NCBI RefSeq assembly: GCF_018398935.1
Contig: NZ_CP074694.1
Coordinates: 900,001 to 932,000 of the forward strand
Direction of reading: 5' to 3'
DNA from: Telmatocola sphagniphila
Lineage (GTDB): Bacteria; Planctomycetota; Planctomycetia; Gemmatales; Gemmataceae
DNA: 32,000 nucleotides
A model generated the notes under the pieces. The model made no database searches. It had not been told where the DNA came from and saw only the letters and a program-made list of their open reading frames with translations. Shown piece after piece: positions 27,661-32,000 of this stretch (the first letter of the stretch is position 1; each line of letters begins with the position of its first letter). Made by a program: the position numbers and the translations under genes.

Positions 27661-27954
27661 ATGAAAAATCTATTAGCATTATTTGGATTGCTGGTTCTGG
27701 TCGCTGTGGGTGTTGGCTGGTATCAGGGCTGGTACCAGGTTAATCAACTCTCCAGCGAAGGGACCTATCGCGTCGATGTGGATGCCCGAAAGTTCGAAGA
27801 CAGCGTCAAGAAAGGTGCCCAATGGGCGGGCGATGCGCTGCACGATTTCAGCAACCGGATCGGAAGCGATAAATCCAAGGAGAGCGATATCAGCGTTAAG
27901 CCGAACGGCGGGACGGATATCCAGAAACCGAACATGCCGGCCACACATCGCTAG
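27661..27954 (+). CDS. Small (97 aa) N-terminally anchored or secreted protein, unknown function
   Basis: MKNLLALFGLLVLVAVGVGWYQGWYQV is a hydrophobic N-terminus, followed by a hydrophilic, charged tail. The ATG is preceded by AAAGGAA. It is divergent from prkA. Its last 59 nt overlap the convergent GT4 gene end. No family was recognised. Confidence 0.5.
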   Translation: MKNLLALFGLLVLVAVGVGWYQGWYQVNQLSSEGTYRVDVDARKFEDSVKKGAQWAGDALHDFSNRIGSDKSKESDISVKPNGGTDIQKPNMPATHR

Positions 27955-29041
27955 TCTCGATACTGTAGAGCTTATACCACTGTTTGATCGATCGACTCTC
28001 ATTGACGAGCTTCGAATACAACTCCCAACCCGACCGAGCACGTCGGGTGGTTTCAGTTTGATCCTCAAGCATATTCACTAAATGATCGGCCCAGGAAGGC
28101 TCATCCGCCAAGTCGACTATCGCCCCCGAAATCGTACGCTCCAACCATTCGCGATTGCGGCCCACATCGGTCGCCAGAACCGGTTTCCCGGCCGCTAAAT
28201 ACTCCAGCAGAGCGTTCGAATTACTTTCGGAGTGCGAACACAACACGGCGATATCGAGGTCATCCAGAAAGCCTTTAATATCGGAGAGTTGCCCTTCGAA
28301 ACGAACGAACGGGTCGATGCCCAGTTGTTCGCTGAGGCGTTGCAGTGCTGCTCGCTCCGTACCATCCCCGGCGATGCGATACTGGGCGCGGATGCCCTTC
28401 TCGGCGATTCTCTTGGCCATTCGTAGAAAGCCATCGACGTTCTTGACCGGCCGGAGGTTCGCTACCAGGCCGACTACGGGAACTGATTTTTGAAACGGCG
28501 GATGAAATGTCGCCGTGGGAGTGGGAAGAAAATTGTCCAGGATCCGAATTTTCCAATCGGGAATTCCTAAGCGAGTCCATTCTTCCCGAGCTACTTCGCT
28601 ATTAGTGAGAAACAGATCGGTGAGTCGATGGAGAAAACGGTCGAGAAATGGCAGCTTCCGGGTGCTCCAGTAACCGCAGTTGTTTCTGACGTGGAATATT
28701 CGTTTTACCCCGGCAGTTCGAGCGACCGGGATGGCCAATCGGGCACTATCGATGAAGTAGACTTGCAGAACATCAATCCGATGGGATTTTAAAAAGCCTC
28801 GGAACTCTCGAGCTGCTCTCCAGGCCTTCCCGCTTGCGAGTTTTTTAACACCTAGCCGGAGGATTGGTATTCCCTTCGGTTCGAGGGCGAGGGATTTTTC
28901 GCAATATCCATCGAGTAGTACGAGATGAGGTTGAATTTTTTCGCGATCGAGCGTCTCCAGCAGTCTCAGCAATTGCTTTTCGGTACCAGCCGGAGCCAGA
29001 TTGTCGATGCAATAACAGACTCGCAGGGGATTGGCTATCAC
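27896..29041 (-). CDS. Family 4 (GT-B) glycosyltransferase
   Basis: LRVCYCIDNLAPAGTEKQLLRLLETLD at the N-terminus. VPVVGLVANLRPVKNVDGFLRMAKRI. Donor-site region AVLCSHSESNSNALLEYLAAGKPVLATDVGRNREW. The track start (29068) is a TTG. I prefer the GTG at 29041, which forms a GTGA overlap with the upstream gene's TGA. Confidence 0.88.
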   Translation of the reverse strand: MIANPLRVCYCIDNLAPAGTEKQLLRLLETLDREKIQPHLVLLDGYCEKSLALEPKGIPILRLGVKKLASGKAWRAAREFRGFLKSHRIDVLQVYFIDSARLAIPVARTAGVKRIFHVRNNCGYWSTRKLPFLDRFLHRLTDLFLTNSEVAREEWTRLGIPDWKIRILDNFLPTPTATFHPPFQKSVPVVGLVANLRPVKNVDGFLRMAKRIAEKGIRAQYRIAGDGTERAALQRLSEQLGIDPFVRFEGQLSDIKGFLDDLDIAVLCSHSESNSNALLEYLAAGKPVLATDVGRNREWLERTISGAIVDLADEPSWADHLVNMLEDQTETTRRARSGWELYSKLVNESRSIKQWYKLYSIETSDVWPACSVSGYPSRRSA

Positions 29042-30195
29042 GCGGCCCGCCGTCTTTCTTCCACGCAATGGTCCTGGCCTGGGACAAATCCAGAGAGGTA
29101 AGTATCGTATTCGTCCGCCTGGGCCGCAAACGAAAAGTGTCTTGCCACATACTCCCGGGCGTTTTTACCCAGTTTTTTCGCAAGCTCCGGCTTTTCAACC
29201 ACTTCACCGAGTGAATTTGCGAGGCGGTTCGGATTGCCGCTGGGAACCAGAATTCCGGTTTGTTGATCTTTTACGATCTCAGGCACGCCGCCAACGGCCG
29301 TAGCAACGATAGGCAGTCCGACGGCGGCGGACTCCAAGAGCACATTGGGAAGACCTTCGGTCGTCGAAGCGGAGACAAAAGCATCGAAGCCAGCAATCAT
29401 CTGGTCGAGCTTTTCCGTGAACCCGGCCAGGAAGAAAAATTCCTCCAATTTGAATTTTTCAATTTGCCTTTGCAGGGAAGCTCTTTCGGACCCTTCGCCG
29501 AACAGTGCGAACCGGACACGCGGATATCGCGATACGACTTGCACTGCCGCGGTAATCAGGAGATCAAAACCCTTCTCGCGGCTCAAACGCCCGGCGGAAC
29601 CGATAACGAAACTATCCGCAGGAATCTTTCGAAACAGACTCATAACGCGTTCGCGGCTGGCCGCGCGATCCTGCCGGAATAATTCGGGACGTACCGCGTT
29701 GCAGATCACGTGGATTTTCGATTTAGGCACACCTGCTGCCCGCACCTGCCGAGCCAGAGCCTGGGATACGCAAATTACGCCATCCATTTTGCGAAGCTGG
29801 CAGCGGTCGAATAATTCGTACAGGCGAATCCTGGGCGATTCTCCCGTCCAACCTCGACAAACGGCCAGAGCGGGAATTTTCAACTGGCGGGCAGCCTTTC
29901 GGCCGATCAGATTCGATTTGTAGCCGTGGCAAATAATGGCATCGGCCTTGGAGCGGGCGAGTTCCCGAATCACATCTCGACGAGCTTCCAGCAGGTACGG
30001 CGTATCATGGGCCAGCGTCTTAGCCGGGATGTTCAGATCGCGAGCTTGGCGTACGAAACGCGTGGAGCGGCCGCTTTCGGAGAAACTGAGAAAGCTATGC
30101 GAATTCTGGGAGTTCTGGGCCAAACCGAGCATTTGCCGCTCGGGACCGCCAAACATAAACGAGGCGGTAAGATGAGTGATTCGCATCAGTTGCAT
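29038..30195 (-). CDS. Family 4 (GT-B) glycosyltransferase
   Basis: MRITHLTASFMFGGPERQMLGLA at the N-terminus. FVIGSAGRLSREKGFDLLITA. FVSASTTEGLPNVLLESAAVGLPIVATAVGGVPEIV (EX7E). The start is the ATG at 30195 or the ATG at 30186 (AAGGA 9 nt upstream of the latter). Confidence 0.88.
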   Translation of the reverse strand: MQLMRITHLTASFMFGGPERQMLGLAQNSQNSHSFLSFSESGRSTRFVRQARDLNIPAKTLAHDTPYLLEARRDVIRELARSKADAIICHGYKSNLIGRKAARQLKIPALAVCRGWTGESPRIRLYELFDRCQLRKMDGVICVSQALARQVRAAGVPKSKIHVICNAVRPELFRQDRAASRERVMSLFRKIPADSFVIGSAGRLSREKGFDLLITAAVQVVSRYPRVRFALFGEGSERASLQRQIEKFKLEEFFFLAGFTEKLDQMIAGFDAFVSASTTEGLPNVLLESAAVGLPIVATAVGGVPEIVKDQQTGILVPSGNPNRLANSLGEVVEKPELAKKLGKNAREYVARHFSFAAQADEYDTYLSGFVPGQDHCVEERRRAA

Positions 30196-30307
30196 CCTTG
30201 CAACAAAACAAAAAAAGCGGCGGGATAGTCACCCGGTATACCTAACGAGAGGTGGCTATACCACAGAATCAAAAACGGGTAAAGCAACCTCTCGAAGTTT
30301 TTTAGGA

Positions 30308-31456
30308 TCAGGCCGATTCCACTTTTTCCCATTTACCGGTCTTGGCAGATTCGGTAATGGCATCCAGCACCAACTGAGTGCGATACGCATCCCGGAAATC
30401 GGGCATGGCGGGTTTACCCGAACCGAGCGATTCGAGGAAATCGGCTACCTGGTGAACGAAAGAATGTTCGTAGCCGATCGACAGACCGGGAACCCACCAT
30501 TTGTCCATATAGGGGTGATCGCCCCCGGCATCGGTCACGTGAATCGACTTCCAGCCACGCAGTTTCCCCTCGTCCTTGTAGTCGAAATACTGCAGGCGAT
30601 GCAGATCGTGCAAATCCCAGGCGATCGAGGCATTTTCGCCGTTGATTTCAAACGTGTAAAGAGCCTTGTGGCCGCGGGCATAGCGGGTCGATTCGAAGTT
30701 CGCCAGCGAGCCGTTTTTAAAGCGGCCCATGAAAATGCAGGCATCGTCGATGCCCACTTTTTCCGTTTTACCCGTCAAGGTATGCTTGCGTTCTTTGATA
30801 AACGTCTCGGTCATGGCCGAGATCGTATCCAGCGAACCGTTCAGCCAGAGTGCGGTATCGATGCAGTGCGCTAACAGGTCGCCGGAGACGCCCGAACCGG
30901 AAGCCGCGACATCCAATCGCCACAGACCGGCGCCGCCTTGGGGAAGTTCAGGGCTGATGGTCCAGTCCTGGAGGAATTTGGCGCGGTAGTGGAAGATCTT
31001 CCCTAAGCGGCCTTCCTCGATGAGTTTCTTGGCGAGCGTGACCGCGGGCACCCGGCGGTAGTTGTACCAAACGATGTTGGGAACCTTGGCCTTTTCGACG
31101 GCTTCCACCATCTTCAAGCCTTCCGGTCCGTTCATCGCCAGAGGTTTTTCGCAGAGGATGATCTTACCGGCTTGGGCTGCGGCAATCGCGATTTCTGCGT
31201 GGTTGTTGTTGGGCGTGCAAATGTCGATGGCATCGATATCTTTGCGACTGATCAGCGTCTTCCAATCGGTTTCAGTCGATTCGTAGCCCCAGGTTTCCGC
31301 GAAGTCCTTCACCTTGTCGGCACTGCGGGCACAAACCGCTTTCAGCACGGGATGGTAGGGGAGCTTGAAAAAGTTGCTGACTTTGCGGTAGGCATTGGAG
31401 TGCGCCCGGCCCATGAAGCCAGTACCAATCAAGCCGATATTCAACGGTTTCGACAT
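30308..31456 (-). CDS. Gfo/Idh/MocA family NAD(P)-dependent oxidoreductase
   Basis: N-terminal Rossmann [19 protein letters not shown], with [31 protein letters not shown] and the family's C-terminal alpha/beta domain. The start is the ATG at 31456, with AAAGGGA upstream. Confidence 0.92.
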   Translation of the reverse strand: MSKPLNIGLIGTGFMGRAHSNAYRKVSNFFKLPYHPVLKAVCARSADKVKDFAETWGYESTETDWKTLISRKDIDAIDICTPNNNHAEIAIAAAQAGKIILCEKPLAMNGPEGLKMVEAVEKAKVPNIVWYNYRRVPAVTLAKKLIEEGRLGKIFHYRAKFLQDWTISPELPQGGAGLWRLDVAASGSGVSGDLLAHCIDTALWLNGSLDTISAMTETFIKERKHTLTGKTEKVGIDDACIFMGRFKNGSLANFESTRYARGHKALYTFEINGENASIAWDLHDLHRLQYFDYKDEGKLRGWKSIHVTDAGGDHPYMDKWWVPGLSIGYEHSFVHQVADFLESLGSGKPAMPDFRDAYRTQLVLDAITESAKTGKWEKVESA

Positions 31457-31535
31457 GGAGAGATCCCTTTAACGGTGCAGATTGGAAAATTGTTTACGGT
31501 CTATCGGAGTCGCGAATAACACATACTGCCGGGCG

Positions 31536-31567
31536 AAAATCCGAGTGCCGCTCGTCCGGCGGCACTC
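31536..31567 (-). terminator. Candidate intrinsic terminator or attenuator between the isomerase and oxidoreductase genes
   Basis: Perfect 9-bp GC-rich inverted repeat GAGTGCCGC (31543-31551) / GCGGCACTC (31559-31567) with a 7-nt loop. On the minus-strand RNA it is followed by GGAUUUUCG (U4, complement of plus-strand positions 31539-31536). It begins 28 nt after the upstream gene's stop. Confidence 0.45.
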
Positions 31568-31594
31568 CTCAAGTTTGGCTTCCAATTATCAACT

Positions 31595-32000
31595 TCAGGC
31601 GGCCACGTACTTGGTCCGCAGTTTATCCAGAAACTTCTTGCTGTCGGCCGTGACTTCCCAGGCGTGCGGCCAGAAGCAGAGGTCGACACACCACCAATCG
31701 TTCGGAACACCCGCTTTCTGGATGGCCGGAATCAGCTCGTCGAAGTTCAGCTTGCCGGTGCCAAACGGATTGTGTGTTGAAGTATTGTGCTCGTTCAGCG
31801 AGCCATCGGAATCGATCAGGTGAACGTGCGTGATCTTGCCTTGCAGTTTGTGCAGCAATTCCAGAGCACCGCCGGGCAGAATTTCCTTTTCTCCCTGGTG
31901 ATTAGCGCCGACGGCCGCACACATGTGGGCATGGCAGGTATCGTACAACACGCCGAAGTTGTGGTTGTGCATGCCGCGAACCGCATCCACGATCGCCAGA
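31595..32000 (-). CDS. Sugar phosphate isomerase/epimerase (xylose isomerase-like TIM barrel) protein, C-terminal part. The 5' end lies beyond the window.
   Basis: The frame stays open past the track's GTG at 31990 to position 32000 (...LAIVDAVRGMHNHNFGVLYDTCHAHMCA...ITHVHLIDSDG...). The metal-ligand style motifs DTCH and HVHLxD are typical of the AP endonuclease 2 / xylose isomerase-like TIM family. Confidence 0.85.
   Translation of the reverse strand, partial: LAIVDAVRGMHNHNFGVLYDTCHAHMCAAVGANHQGEKEILPGGALELLHKLQGKITHVHLIDSDGSLNEHNTSTHNPFGTGKLNFDELIPAIQKAGVPNDWWCVDLCFWPHAWEVTADSKKFLDKLRTKYVAA

Overview
This 32-kb window is a densely coded chromosomal segment with about 29 protein genes. 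I recognised no rRNA, tRNA, CRISPR array, transposase or integrase. GC looks moderately above 50% by eye (not computed). The many long antisense shadow ORFs fit a codon-biased genome.

Gene content suggests a Planctomycetota-like organism: many glycosyltransferases, a Gfo/Idh/MocA plus xylose-isomerase-like TIM-barrel pair, and TPR and secreted proteins. This taxon guess is inference only.

Gene order, left to right:
- A minus-strand dnaG-rpoD-(coiled-coil COG1579-like) operon.
- A secreted TPR/thioredoxin-fold protein whose CXXC site is degenerate.
- Divergent queC/queF, followed by a secreted TPR protein and an HhH-GPD glycosylase.
- Sua5/TsaC, then a TPR protein.
- A membrane-anchored CX5R phosphatase coupled to a polyprenyl-phosphate-type GT2.
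- An aminotransferase plus ornithine-cyclodeaminase-family operon.
- A GT4, then HtrA.
- A GT-C (GT39/ArnT-like) gene with a trailing small zinc-ribbon ORF.
- The prkA-yeaH-spoVR module.
- A GT4-GT4-oxidoreductase-sugar isomerase cluster.

The most system-like and least explained feature is the PrkA/YeaH/SpoVR locus. It is expanded to five co-directional genes by a SAM-methyltransferase wedged between prkA and yeaH. A 157-aa unknown ORF also starts inside the spoVR 3' end behind a strong Shine-Dalgarno. The prkA upstream region contains two back-to-back sigma-54-type -24/-12 matches.

The supplied track uses the most upstream ATG/GTG/TTG as start. I trimmed several starts to an ATG or GTG with a visible ribosome-binding site. 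All family assignments rest on motifs I can read in the translations; no database search was run.
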